64,000 nt of DNA from Planctomycetota bacterium (GCA_013285505.1 CP053450.1:292796-356795), one strand, 5' to 3'. Numbered from the stretch's first letter, positions 9,573 through 18,456 are shown. A program made the numbers and translations. The notes: generated by a model not told the origin, from the letters alone.

Positions 9573-12482
9573 CTAGCAGCCGCCGGTCCACGTGTTCAGG
9601 AACAGCAGGAAATCCTGCGTGTTCACCGTGCCGTCGCCGTTCAGATCCGCCGTGCACCCGCCGGAGCAGTCCATCAACCGCTGCACGTTCCAGTCGTTCA
9701 GATAGGCAAGGAAGTCCTGCGTGTTCACCGACCCGTCGCCGTTCCAGTCGGCCTGGCACGAGCCGCCAACCACCGAGAGCGTCACGGTCGATTGGCCGTA
9801 GGCCACCTCCCACGACAGATCGCCGGACAGAGTCGGCAGGTCTTCGGCCCCGAACGCCCCGCTCACGCCCCCCGCGGCGTCGATGAGCGTGAACCTCTCA
9901 CCGCCGACCGGCTGGAACTCGTCGATGAAAGACACCCGCAGCGTCGAGCCGGCCAACAGCACCGAGCCGGTCACGGTGAGCACGTCGGTGTTGTCGTCGC
10001 CGCCGATGTCATAGAGCATCTGAGCATCGGCCGTGCACGAGATCCCACCGAGGACGTCTATCTGCCCCGCCCGGCTCTCGCCGCCGGGGATGAGCCGGCC
10101 CCACAGATCGAGCAGCGGCGTCCGCAGCCTCGCGGGCGCACCGATGATGCCCTGGCTTACCACGCCCTCGATGTCGCCGAGCACCGAATGCAGCCGCACA
10201 TCGCCGGTGGACTCGAGCTCTCTCCCCTCGCCAACCTCGATCGTCCCGCCATCGGTCACGCGGATCGACGGCACGTCCGAATCCGCCTCCACGCGAAAAG
10301 TCCCGCCGCGCACCTCGATATTGTCCGCGAACGACACCCCCGAGCCGTGGACCGTCAGCTCCCCCTCCACGACGGCGATGTCCTCCATCCACGGCGCCGA
10401 GAATCCGTCACCGAACACCCGCGTGCCCGGGCCGAGCGAGCTCACCTGCTGGCCCGGGAACCGGATGACACCGAAGTCCAGCGCCGTCCACGTTCCCCCG
10501 GTGAGCTCGCTGTTGACCAGGTTCGTGCAGTCGTAGAAGTCCAGGCTCGCGTTGCGGACCAGAACCACACCGTTGTTCGTAAATGTCGTGCGAATGCGGT
10601 GGCCGTGGCTCGAGCCCGGATCGGCGATCGCCTCGAAGGTCCCGTTGTTGATGAACGACCCCGAGGGCGAGACCACGTAGTCGCCGCTGTTGGCGTCTAG
10701 ACCGAATGTCCACACCCCCTCGTTGCGGATCACACCGCCCTCGAACCCGAGCCCGCCCGAGAACCGGTGCTCGACCGTGCCCTCGTTGATCATCGTGCCC
10801 GCGTTGACAAAGTACCGCTCGATGGTCAACGCGCCGGTGTTGCGGAAGGTGGACTCCAGCCGGAACCCGTTCGAGTCCCCGTCGTCGATCAACGCCGTGC
10901 CCTCGTTGATCAGTTCGCCCTGCCCGCGCACCAGCGCCCGCAGCACCGACCCCACGTTGTTCTGGCCCGTGACGTTCAGCCGGAACGTCCCGGCCAGGTC
11001 GATCGTTGTGCGCCCCGATCCCCCGCCGAGCCAGAAGTCGCCCATCCCCTCCGCGACCGGCTCGCCCGAGACCGCCCACGCGAGGTTGTCGCCCCGCAGC
11101 GCCATGCCAGCGCCGTCCTCGAGCAGCAGAAACGTCCCGCCGCTCAGCTCGCCGCCGCCCTCGAACCGCAGGAACCCGCCGTACTGCTTCACCTCGCCGC
11201 CGGCCCGCATCTCGAACGGCGGGTGGACCGTCAGCACATCGCGATCCGAGTACGACCCCAGGCTCGCGTCGACGCGAACCTGGCCCAGGTTCACGATGTG
11301 CGCCGACTCGCCGCCCGGGACCGTCACCTCCACCGGCACCTCGTTGAACGAGAGCTGACCGCCGGGCTCGATCGTTAGCTCGTCGGTGAGCGACAGCGTC
11401 GCCCGCGGCTGGAGCGTCCCGCCGCTCTTCACCGCCGCCGGGATCTCCACCCTCGAGTTGACCTGGATGTCCACAAAGCCCGATGTCTCGAACGCGCCGG
11501 AACCGCTCTCGTCCCGCAGCGTCGCGCCGAACAGCGTCATGTGCCCGGTGTTCCGCAGCGTCCCGCCGATCCGCAACGGGTTGCGGATCAGCATCGTCCC
11601 AGGGAAGCTCATGTCCGCCGTGTTCGTCCCGCTGAACACCGCGCGCCCGGTCTGCACATAAACCTCGCCGTCCCCCCGCATGGTCGTGCCGCGGACCTCG
11701 CACTCCGACCCCATCAGCAGCTCGACCGTTCCACCATTCCAAGCCTCGATCGTCCCGCCGTCGAAATCACACTCGCCGGTCAGCTCGATCTCCCCCTGAT
11801 CGGCCAGCACCGCCCCCGCGCCCTCGGTGTCGACCGATCCCACAAACCGCATCAGCCCCGGTTCGGCGATCTGGATCGTGCCCCGGTTCACCACCACCGC
11901 CGGGCCGACCACCCGGCCGATCCCGGAGCCACCGACACCCGTCACCGTCCCCTCCACCACGATCCGCCCCAAGTCCCACGGCTCCAACGCGCCCGAAGAG
12001 GTCATCAGCATCTCCCCCGCGATGATCACCTCGTGCGCATCACGCGCATAGAGCTGCTCGTCATTGAGCACCATCCCCCCCAGCGTCGTCACCCCCGACC
12101 CGCGGAAGCTCGCCGACTTGCCCAGCACCGAAGACCCCTCGACCAACAGCGTCGAGTTGTGCGTGATCTCCGGCCGGCAGCACCCGCCCGTGAACAACCC
12201 CACAATCCGCGAACCCCCCGTGAAGGTCAGGGAGGAGCTGACGATCTCGAGCCCGCTGAGCGCCTCAAGCGAGGCGACCTCCACCGGCTGCGACTCGGCG
12301 ACCACCCGACCCCCCGCGTCCACCAACACGCTCTCGAACGCCTCCGGCACCCCGTCCGGGTCCCAGTTCGCCCCGTCAAACCACAGCAAGTTCCCGCCGT
12401 CCCCGTCCCACATCTTGCTCTGCGCAAGCGCATGACCCGCAGCCATCCCAACCACACACAACAGCACCGACCCGTATCGCAT
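9573..12482 (-). CDS. secreted beta-helix/adhesin-like repeat protein (Gly-rich beta-strand repeats) with C-terminal dockerin-like module
   Basis: Intact 969-codon frame from ATG 12482 (signal peptide MRYGSVLLCVVGMAAGHALAQ; the track ORF starts 10 codons earlier). Long series of G-rich strand repeats. C-terminal region GRLIPGGESRAGQIDVLGG...DNTDVLTVTGSVLLAGSTLRVSFIDEF is followed by CQADWNGDG...NTWTGGC-stop. GGAAGGAG precedes the next gene start (9554), suggesting an operon with 6645..9554. Confidence 0.8.
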   Translation of the reverse strand: MRYGSVLLCVVGMAAGHALAQSKMWDGDGGNLLWFDGANWDPDGVPEAFESVLVDAGGRVVAESQPVEVASLEALSGLEIVSSSLTFTGGSRIVGLFTGGCCRPEITHNSTLLVEGSSVLGKSASFRGSGVTTLGGMVLNDEQLYARDAHEVIIAGEMLMTSSGALEPWDLGRIVVEGTVTGVGGSGIGRVVGPAVVVNRGTIQIAEPGLMRFVGSVDTEGAGAVLADQGEIELTGECDFDGGTIEAWNGGTVELLMGSECEVRGTTMRGDGEVYVQTGRAVFSGTNTADMSFPGTMLIRNPLRIGGTLRNTGHMTLFGATLRDESGSGAFETSGFVDIQVNSRVEIPAAVKSGGTLQPRATLSLTDELTIEPGGQLSFNEVPVEVTVPGGESAHIVNLGQVRVDASLGSYSDRDVLTVHPPFEMRAGGEVKQYGGFLRFEGGGELSGGTFLLLEDGAGMALRGDNLAWAVSGEPVAEGMGDFWLGGGSGRTTIDLAGTFRLNVTGQNNVGSVLRALVRGQGELINEGTALIDDGDSNGFRLESTFRNTGALTIERYFVNAGTMINEGTVEHRFSGGLGFEGGVIRNEGVWTFGLDANSGDYVVSPSGSFINNGTFEAIADPGSSHGHRIRTTFTNNGVVLVRNASLDFYDCTNLVNSELTGGTWTALDFGVIRFPGQQVSSLGPGTRVFGDGFSAPWMEDIAVVEGELTVHGSGVSFADNIEVRGGTFRVEADSDVPSIRVTDGGTIEVGEGRELESTGDVRLHSVLGDIEGVVSQGIIGAPARLRTPLLDLWGRLIPGGESRAGQIDVLGGISCTADAQMLYDIGGDDNTDVLTVTGSVLLAGSTLRVSFIDEFQPVGGERFTLIDAAGGVSGAFGAEDLPTLSGDLSWEVAYGQSTVTLSVVGGSCQADWNGDGSVNTQDFLAYLNDWNVQRLMDCSGGCTADLNGDGTVNTQDFLLFLNTWTGGC

Positions 12483-12679
12483 CTCCAAAGACTCCCAAGG
12501 CCAAACCAACATCCCTCATGCGACAGCCCTCCAAAATAACTGACCCGCACGTGAGGGTCAACGCCAATCCGGCACCAGATCGCCCAACTTGCCCAAGAAG
12601 CCCCGCCGCACGCGCATACCGGACGCATGCCCCCACCACGCACGCGCACCGGACACAGGCCCCACCACGCGAGGCGCAG

Positions 12680-12721
12680 AAAAACCCCGCGTGCCCAGCC
12701 GAATCGGCCGGACACACGGGG
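12680..12721 (-). terminator. terminator-like hairpin downstream of the 12756..14270 gene
   Basis: ccccgcgtgcccagccgaatcggccggacacacgggg has an outer stem with one mismatch and an inner GCCG-AAT-CGGC. It is preceded on the + strand by aaaaa, i.e. followed by TTTTT on the minus strand. Confidence 0.5.
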
Positions 12722-12755
12722 CTCTCTCTCCAGTTCAGTGCGCTACGACCGCGGC

Positions 12756-14270
12756 TCAGTCCGGGCAGCCGAACGACCACACGTTCAGCCAGTCCAGGAA
12801 GTCGAGCACATCGATCGAACCGTCCATGTTGAAATCAGCGCCGGAGTCCTGCGACGCCCAGTCGTTCAGGAACGCCGTGAAGTCCCGCGTGTTGTTGTCG
12901 CCATCCCCGTTCCAGTCGGCCATGCAGTCGTAGGCCACCACCAGGATGAACTCCGTGCCCGCCGGCTCGAAGATCGAGATGTCACTCGCGACACTCAGCG
13001 TCAGGGTGTTCTCCCCGCCGCGGAACAATTCGTGCTCGTCGGTATACACCGGGTCGGGCGTCGGCCAACCCACCACCGGATGGCCGCCGGGGGCGATCCG
13101 GTCGGTGCCGAAGTTGTCGATGTCCTGCTGCTCGATCAGCGGCGAGATCGGCGAGTCGTTCAGGAAGACCACGCCCATGTCGTCCGCGTTCGCCACGCCG
13201 TAGAGCTGTGCGCGCTCAAACTGCGGCGGCAGGAAGAACTCGAACCGGTAGAACGCGCTCTCGCAGTTGTGCCGCGTCACCTCGTCGGCGCCGGTCAGAT
13301 ACTCCTCGCTGTCCACGTACGACCGGTCCAGCAGATCCGTGCACTCGAACGCCGCACGCTGGTGCAGGTCGTGATGACGGTTGACGATCGGCGCCCACGT
13401 CCCCAGCCACTGCCCCGCGTTGATCCGCGAGATCTGCCCGCTCAGCGGCCCCACGATCGGCTCCGTGCTCCCCTCCATCGAGCTCGACAGCCGCAGGAAA
13501 CGCCGCCGCCCGGCCTCATCCCCCCAGCGGTGCGGCAGAGGGTCGTCGTCCCCGATGTCGTAGCCGGTGCCCAGGTGTGCATGCCGCCCCGAACCGCTGT
13601 GGTCCAGCACCACGTTCGAGCCAAACTCGTCGAACCGGTACCACGCCATCATCCCGTCGTAGCTCTCTTCCGAGAAATCGCCCATCATGTCCCTGGCGAT
13701 CTGCTCCTCGGTCCTCGCCTCGCTCCAGACAAGCACATCGTCGAACCCGCCGTGCACGAACTCGCTCGAGCCCGCGTACTCGTTGCCAATCGTCAGCTGG
13801 GCCTGCTCACCCACCGGGTTGATCGGGTCGCCCAGCACCGCCTCGGCGTCCAGCACGCCGTCGATGTAGATCTTGGCCGTCGTCCCGTCGTAGGTCGCCG
13901 CGACGTGGTGCCACTCCCGCAGCGGCAGCGCCGTCGTGCCGACCATGGTCCGCTGCGTCCCGTTGTTGTAATTGATGAAGAACGTCAGCCGCCGGTCCGC
14001 CGGCGAGCGAATCGCAAAGCTGTACGACCCCTGCAGCCGCGAACCCCATGTGACCAGGCCCGACGAATACAGCGGATGGCTGTCGTCCACCCGCACCCAG
14101 GTCTCCAGCGTGACCTCCTCGGTCGTGAAGTCCGCGTACGACACCACCGAGTCGTTCACGCCGTCCAGATCGACATACGCCCCACAGTCACACGGCTGCC
14201 CAAACGCCGCAGCCGCCGCACACGCCAGCCCCGCCGCAAACCCCACCGCCATAGTCGTTCGCTGCACCAT
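12756..14270 (-). CDS. secreted LamG/concanavalin-A-like lectin domain protein with dockerin-like tail (ends GCPD)
   Basis: MVQRTTMAVGFAAGLACAAAAAFGQ is a signal peptide. VTLETWVRVDD...WHHVAATYDGTTAKIYIDGVL...FDDVLVWSEARTEEQI is the typical LamG_3 jelly-roll pattern. The tail is CMADWNGDGDNNTRDF...NVWSFGCPD-stop. Confidence 0.8.
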   Translation of the reverse strand: MVQRTTMAVGFAAGLACAAAAAFGQPCDCGAYVDLDGVNDSVVSYADFTTEEVTLETWVRVDDSHPLYSSGLVTWGSRLQGSYSFAIRSPADRRLTFFINYNNGTQRTMVGTTALPLREWHHVAATYDGTTAKIYIDGVLDAEAVLGDPINPVGEQAQLTIGNEYAGSSEFVHGGFDDVLVWSEARTEEQIARDMMGDFSEESYDGMMAWYRFDEFGSNVVLDHSGSGRHAHLGTGYDIGDDDPLPHRWGDEAGRRRFLRLSSSMEGSTEPIVGPLSGQISRINAGQWLGTWAPIVNRHHDLHQRAAFECTDLLDRSYVDSEEYLTGADEVTRHNCESAFYRFEFFLPPQFERAQLYGVANADDMGVVFLNDSPISPLIEQQDIDNFGTDRIAPGGHPVVGWPTPDPVYTDEHELFRGGENTLTLSVASDISIFEPAGTEFILVVAYDCMADWNGDGDNNTRDFTAFLNDWASQDSGADFNMDGSIDVLDFLDWLNVWSFGCPD

Positions 14271-14570
14271 CGCCCACCTCTCGATCTGCTGCCCGAGTCG
14301 GACCCGGAGCTACGCGCCCCAACGTCCGAGAGCATGTTTTGACTACAACTACATCTTTTACTCCGAAATTGTCGGAGTCAACCACATTCCGGCAGAAAAT
14401 CGGCCTTTAAACACCTTTAAGCGGCCATAATACGTACAAATTCAAAACGGCCTGCAACCAGAAAACCAGAGCAACCCCCGCCCCGCCCCACGCAGCCGCC
14501 AACGGCCTCTCCGACCACCGCCGCCCGTATACTCCCTCCCCAAATCACCCCCCGAGAGAAGGAATCGCGC

Positions 14571-16118
14571 GTGGCAACCAAGCACTACGACCTCATCGTC
14601 ATCGGCGGCGGCCCCGGCGGATACGTCGGCGCCATCCGGGCCGCACAACTCGGCTACAAGGTCGCCTGCGTCGAACGCGCCAAGCTCGGCGGCGTCTGCC
14701 TCAACTGGGGCTGCATCCCCTCCAAGGCCCTCCTCTCCAACGCCGAGCTCATGGAAAAACTCCACGAACGCGAGCTCTGGGGACTCAAGATCAAGGGCGA
14801 GATCGGCTTCGAGTGGGACAAAGTCATCGGCCGCTCACGCGACGTCGCCTCCAAACTCAACAACGGCATCGGCTTCCTGTTCAAGAAGAACAAGATCGAC
14901 CACATCGAGGGCTCCGCCAAGATCACCGCCGCAGCCAAAAACGGCAAGCCCTGCGCCGTCGAGATCTACGACTGCAAAGTCCAGGAAGAACGCACCGACG
15001 CCCCCGCCACCCCCGCAGCCAAGCCCCGCGACACCATCACCGCCACCAACGTCCTCGTCGCCACCGGCTCGGTCGCCCGCGACCTCCCCTTCGCCAAGTT
15101 CGGCTCCGACCCCAAGATCTGGGGCGCCCGCGAGGCCATGTTCAACCAGGAAAAGCCCAAGCGCCTCATCGTCGTCGGCTCCGGAGCCATCGGCATGGAG
15201 TTCGGCTACTTCTACCACTCCTTCGGCACCGAGGTCACCGTCGTCGAGATGCTCGACCGCATCCTCCCCGTCGAGGATGAAGAAGTCTCCAAGGCCATGG
15301 AGCGCCACTACAAGAAGGCCGGCATGACCTTCAAGACCGGCCACGTCACCACCGCCGTCGACGCCAAGGGCAAGACCGTCAAAGTCACCATCGCCCCCTT
15401 CAAGGATGGCAAACCCGACGACTCCAAGGCCGAAACCCTCGAGGCCGACCGCGTCCTCCTGGCCATCGGCGTCACCGGCCGCTTCGACGGCCTCTTCGAC
15501 GACTCCCTCGGCCTCGCCACCGAAAAAGGCCACATCAAGACCGACTACACCCCCAACCACATGGGCGACCCCCAACACCTCGACTACAAGACCAACCTCC
15601 CCGGCATCTACGCCATCGGCGACGTCATCGGCCCCCCCTGGCTCGCCCACGTCGCCAGCGAAGAGGCCATCCTCTGCGTCGAACGCATCGCCTGGCGCGA
15701 CAAGAAGGTCGACCACGAACCCATCCCCATGGACTACACCGTCATCCCCGGATGCACCTACTGCAACCCGCAGGTCGCCTCCGTCGGCTTCACCGAACGA
15801 GCCCTCATCGAACAAGGCCTCAAAAAGGGCCAGGACTACGAGGTCGGCAAGTACAACTTCCAGGCACACGGCAAGGCCATCGCCGCCATGCACCAGGAAG
15901 GCTTCGTCAAGATCATCCGCGGCCTCCCCCGCGGCGAAATCCTCGGCGCACACATCATGGGCGACCAGGCCACCGAACTCATCGCCGAAATGACCCTCGC
16001 CCGCCGACTCGAAGCCACCACCGAAGAACTCATCGTCACCACCCACGCCCACCCAACCATGCACGAAGCAATCCACGAAGCAGCCCTCGCCGCCGAAGGC
16101 CGACTCATCCACGGCTAA
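14571..16118 (+). CDS. lpdA: dihydrolipoyl dehydrogenase (E3 component)
   Basis: GTG start. YDLIVIGGGPGGYVGAIRAAQLGYKVACVERAKLGGVCLNWGCIPSKALL gives the FAD fold plus redox-active CxxxxC. C-terminal HAHPTMHEAIHEAALAA is the dimerisation-domain motif. Confidence 0.95.
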   Translation: MATKHYDLIVIGGGPGGYVGAIRAAQLGYKVACVERAKLGGVCLNWGCIPSKALLSNAELMEKLHERELWGLKIKGEIGFEWDKVIGRSRDVASKLNNGIGFLFKKNKIDHIEGSAKITAAAKNGKPCAVEIYDCKVQEERTDAPATPAAKPRDTITATNVLVATGSVARDLPFAKFGSDPKIWGAREAMFNQEKPKRLIVVGSGAIGMEFGYFYHSFGTEVTVVEMLDRILPVEDEEVSKAMERHYKKAGMTFKTGHVTTAVDAKGKTVKVTIAPFKDGKPDDSKAETLEADRVLLAIGVTGRFDGLFDDSLGLATEKGHIKTDYTPNHMGDPQHLDYKTNLPGIYAIGDVIGPPWLAHVASEEAILCVERIAWRDKKVDHEPIPMDYTVIPGCTYCNPQVASVGFTERALIEQGLKKGQDYEVGKYNFQAHGKAIAAMHQEGFVKIIRGLPRGEILGAHIMGDQATELIAEMTLARRLEATTEELIVTTHAHPTMHEAIHEAALAAEGRLIHG

Positions 16119-16170
16119 CCGGGACCCCCAACCCCGCACCGAGTCCCCACACGCCCCGCCGCATCCTGCC

Positions 16171-16197
16171 CCCTCTCCCGCCCCCGGCGGGAGAGGG
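16171..16197 (+). terminator. perfect 12-bp hairpin just downstream of lpdA (possible terminator or REP-like element)
   Basis: ccctctcccgcc-ccc-ggcgggagaggg lies 53 nt after the lpdA stop. It is followed by ttgggg rather than a T-run, so the terminator role is uncertain. Confidence 0.35.
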
Positions 16198-16264
16198 TTG
16201 GGGAAAGGGCTCCGTCCCCTACTACTTCTTCTCTACCCCACTAACCCCGCACGGCCCAGCCCCC

Positions 16265-16479
16265 CGCCCCAGCGGGGCGCACGACCATTGCCAGAGGCGC
16301 AGCCCCTGGCCACACCCCCACCAACCCAACCGCTCCGAAGGAGCGGCGGAAACACAAACCCCGCCGGCCCCTACCCCACGAGCTTCGACTCCACCAACTC
16401 CGAACGCACCCGCAAGCCCCGGACCCCAACGGGGTCCTCTGCAATAGCCGGGGGTCGCCGCGACCCCCGGAACCACGAG
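16265..16479. repeat. hairpin-array repeat, copy A (about 215 bp)
   Basis: About 90% identical by eye to 18821..19040. Contains consecutive short perfect hairpins: ccccagcgggg, ccgctcc-gaa-ggagcgg, ggacccc-aac-ggggtcc, ccgggggtcgc-c-gcgacccccgg. A further ggacccc-gga-ggggtcc lies at 16491-16507. Confidence 0.7.
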
Positions 16480-16641
16480 CCCTACACCCACGGACCCCGG
16501 AGGGGTCCTCCCTCACCGCTCCCGCACGAACCGCGCCAGGTTCACACCCTTGTTCAACTCAACCGCATATGACTCACTGATCCCCGCCGCAAACACGACG
16601 TCCCGGATCGACCCCTCGCACGCCACCTCAAAGCCACCTCA

Positions 16642-16748
16642 AAGCCACCACCGAAGAACTCATCGTCACCACCCACGCCCACCCGACGATGCACGAGGCC
16701 ATCCATGAGGCGGCATTGGCGGCGGAGGGGAGACTCATACACGGATAG
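16642..16748 (+). pseudogene. orphan duplicate of the last 35 codons of lpdA
   Basis: 16642-16684 is identical to lpdA 16012-16054 (43 nt). The following 64 nt encode the same PTMHEAIHEAALAAEGRLIHG-stop as lpdA but differ at 17 of 22 codons, all synonymously. The fragment is preceded by an 11-nt tandem duplication ccacctcaaag x2 (16623-16644). Confidence 0.85.
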
Positions 16749-16954
16749 TGCCAGGCAACGCCTACCGCAGGCGGCTCCACCTCTGCCACTACGTCGGCTC
16801 GCTCGAAAACCGTATCCGTCTTCTCAACGAGTACGACTGATATTTCCGGCTGACCAACCACGCGCGGTGTCAACGCGGTGAATGTTGGGTTGGCGATGTG
16901 GGGGAGCCACTAGCCCTGCGAGACGGATCGCACGTCAGCAAGAACTGCGAACAA

Positions 16955-17455
16955 TCACGACTCGCTCTGAAAGACAGTCCATTGCTTGTCGAGCGAGTTG
17001 TATTGGAGAAACTCGATGCCGTAGTAGCCGGGTTGATTCATGCGGCGTGATCGCACGCTGAGGAAGTACTCGTCCTCGTAGTTGCGAAGCGCCCCGAATC
17101 GCCATTGACGATCGCCGATCGCTGGAGATTCCAGAGTGGTCATGTATTTCGGCACGAGTCTATCGAGAGAGGGCGGGAGACTGCCATCGTTGTGTGTTTG
17201 GTAGTTGTCAATCGCTGCGATGATGCTTTGGCCGTATTGCTTGGTGTCCTCAATCGCATCCTCGGACCAGTTCTCGCCAAGGCCGAGTGCTGCGGTCTTT
17301 GGTCCCTGCACCAAGCCGGATCGTGCTGCGACCCACCATGTCACACCAACCAATGTCGCACCTAGTCCGAGCAGCACGAGAAGACAAAGAGACAGCAGCC
17401 GCCAGTGATTCCTGACAAACCCACGCGACCGTTCCTCCGGCACCGGGTTGGTCAT
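16955..17455 (-). CDS. membrane-anchored hypothetical protein (166 aa), tandem paralog of 17486..17986
   Basis: I prefer ATG 17455 (MTNPVPEERSRGFVRNHWRLLSLCLLVLLGLGATLVGVTWWVAA, GAGGA 7 nt upstream) over the track start 17476. It has one TM helix, then a divergent C-terminal domain. Lies in the low-G+C region. Confidence 0.7.
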   Translation of the reverse strand: MTNPVPEERSRGFVRNHWRLLSLCLLVLLGLGATLVGVTWWVAARSGLVQGPKTAALGLGENWSEDAIEDTKQYGQSIIAAIDNYQTHNDGSLPPSLDRLVPKYMTTLESPAIGDRQWRFGALRNYEDEYFLSVRSRRMNQPGYYGIEFLQYNSLDKQWTVFQSES

Positions 17456-17485
17456 TGATTGTCCTCGGGAACTCATTCCGACCGG

Positions 17486-17986
17486 TCAAAACGATTCGTC
17501 TTGGAACACCTTCCACTTGTCGCCGAGCGACGTGTAGCGGAACCACTCGACACCGTAGTAGCCCGGTCTTTCGCAGTACGCTGATTCGACCAAGAGGAAA
17601 TACTCTCCGGCGTGTGACCCGAGCGGACCGTACCTCCATCGGCGGTTGCCGGCAACCGGCGGCTCGATAGTAGCGATGTCGTCGGGGACGAGTGCTTCGA
17701 GTGACGGTGGGAGTTCACCCTCCCTTGACTGATACTGTTTGATCGCTGAAATGACAGCGTCACCTCGGCGCTGACTCTCGGACAATGCCTCTTCCGACCA
17801 GTCTTCCCCCAAACCAAGCGCCGCAGTCTTTGGTCCCTGCACCAAGCCGGATCGTGCAGCGACCCACCATGTCACACCAACCAATGTCGCACCCAGTCCG
17901 AGCAGCACGAGAAGACAGAGAGACAGCAGCCGCCAGTGTTTCCTGACAAACCCACGCGACCGTTCCTCCGGCACCGGTTTGGTCAT
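17486..17986 (-). CDS. membrane-anchored hypothetical protein (166 aa)
   Basis: MTKPVPEERSRGFVRKHWRLLSLCLLVLLGLGATLVGVTWWVAA. The start overlaps the upstream stop (ATGA at 17983-17986). The first ~65 codons are nearly identical in nucleotide sequence to 16955..17455. Confidence 0.75.
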   Translation of the reverse strand: MTKPVPEERSRGFVRKHWRLLSLCLLVLLGLGATLVGVTWWVAARSGLVQGPKTAALGLGEDWSEEALSESQRRGDAVISAIKQYQSREGELPPSLEALVPDDIATIEPPVAGNRRWRYGPLGSHAGEYFLLVESAYCERPGYYGVEWFRYTSLGDKWKVFQDESF

Positions 17987-18393
17987 TGACTGTCCTCGAT
18001 GATAAGTACGAGATCAACGATGTCCAAGAGATTAACCACGCCGTTGGTATTGAGGTCCGCAGTCTGAAACGCTTGACCGAGTTCTTCAACTGTCACAAGC
18101 AGATCGTCCAGGTTGATCATGCCGTCGCTGTTGGCATCACCGATAGGTGCGGGTTCTCCATCGTCTGGACACGAATCGGGGCGTATTGATGGCGGCACCC
18201 GCGTGTCGCAAGGCGACTTGATGAAACGCCCATCATCCAAGGCCTCGAGTCGTCTTCTGAGCAGTTCTTCGTAGGAGCAACCATCAAGAAGACACTGCAG
18301 CGCAGTGTTTCTTGCAACCTGATTATTGTACTGGTCGATCCACGTATCGAGCCCCTCCTCACCCCGCTCATGGATATCCCCAATCTCCTTGGC
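17983..18393 (-). pseudogene. 5'-truncated ORF ending in a classical (non-Cys-bracketed) dockerin/EF-hand pair
   Basis: The coding-like, low-G+C part reads ..DTWIDQYNNQVARNTALQCLLDGCSYEELLRRRLEALDDGRFIK...DANSDGMINLDDLLVTVEELGQAFQTADLNTNGVVNLLDIVDLVLIIEDSQ-stop. There is no in-frame ATG/GTG/TTG after the G+C-rich repeat block that replaces its 5' end. The rest of track ORF 17983..19245 is a translation of repeats. Confidence 0.4.
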
Positions 18394-18395
18394 AG

Positions 18396-18456
18396 GCAGG
18401 TGGCACCGACCCGCACCCCCGCAGCCGCACCCACCCGCTCCAAAGACCCGTCCCGC
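18396..18456 (-). repeat. remnant copy of the 3' end and downstream junction of the DUF2726 gene
   Basis: gcaggtggcaccgacccgcacc + cccgcagccgcacccacccgctccaaagacccgtcccgc matches 21503-21525 plus 21628-21673 (DUF2726 codons ..RDAFLERVCAAAGVR..), with the intervening ~100 nt missing. Confidence 0.55.

Noticed and set aside
14271-14570. Promoter elements in the AT-richer divergent spacer between the LamG gene and lpdA (TTGACT at 14338, cataat near 14428)
   Set aside because: The hexamers do not pair with canonical 16-18 nt spacing. Planctomycetal promoter consensus is poorly defined, so calling -35/-10 boxes would be guesswork.
16513-16626. 37-codon minus-strand ORF (..SIRDVVFAAGISESYAVELNKGVNLARFVRER-stop) that looks like the end of an HTH protein, between the repeat block and the orphan lpdA tail
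   Set aside because: It is too short, has only a GTG start directly after an in-frame stop, and shows no defensible family match. It may be a remnant of an element-borne regulator, but I cannot support it as a feature.
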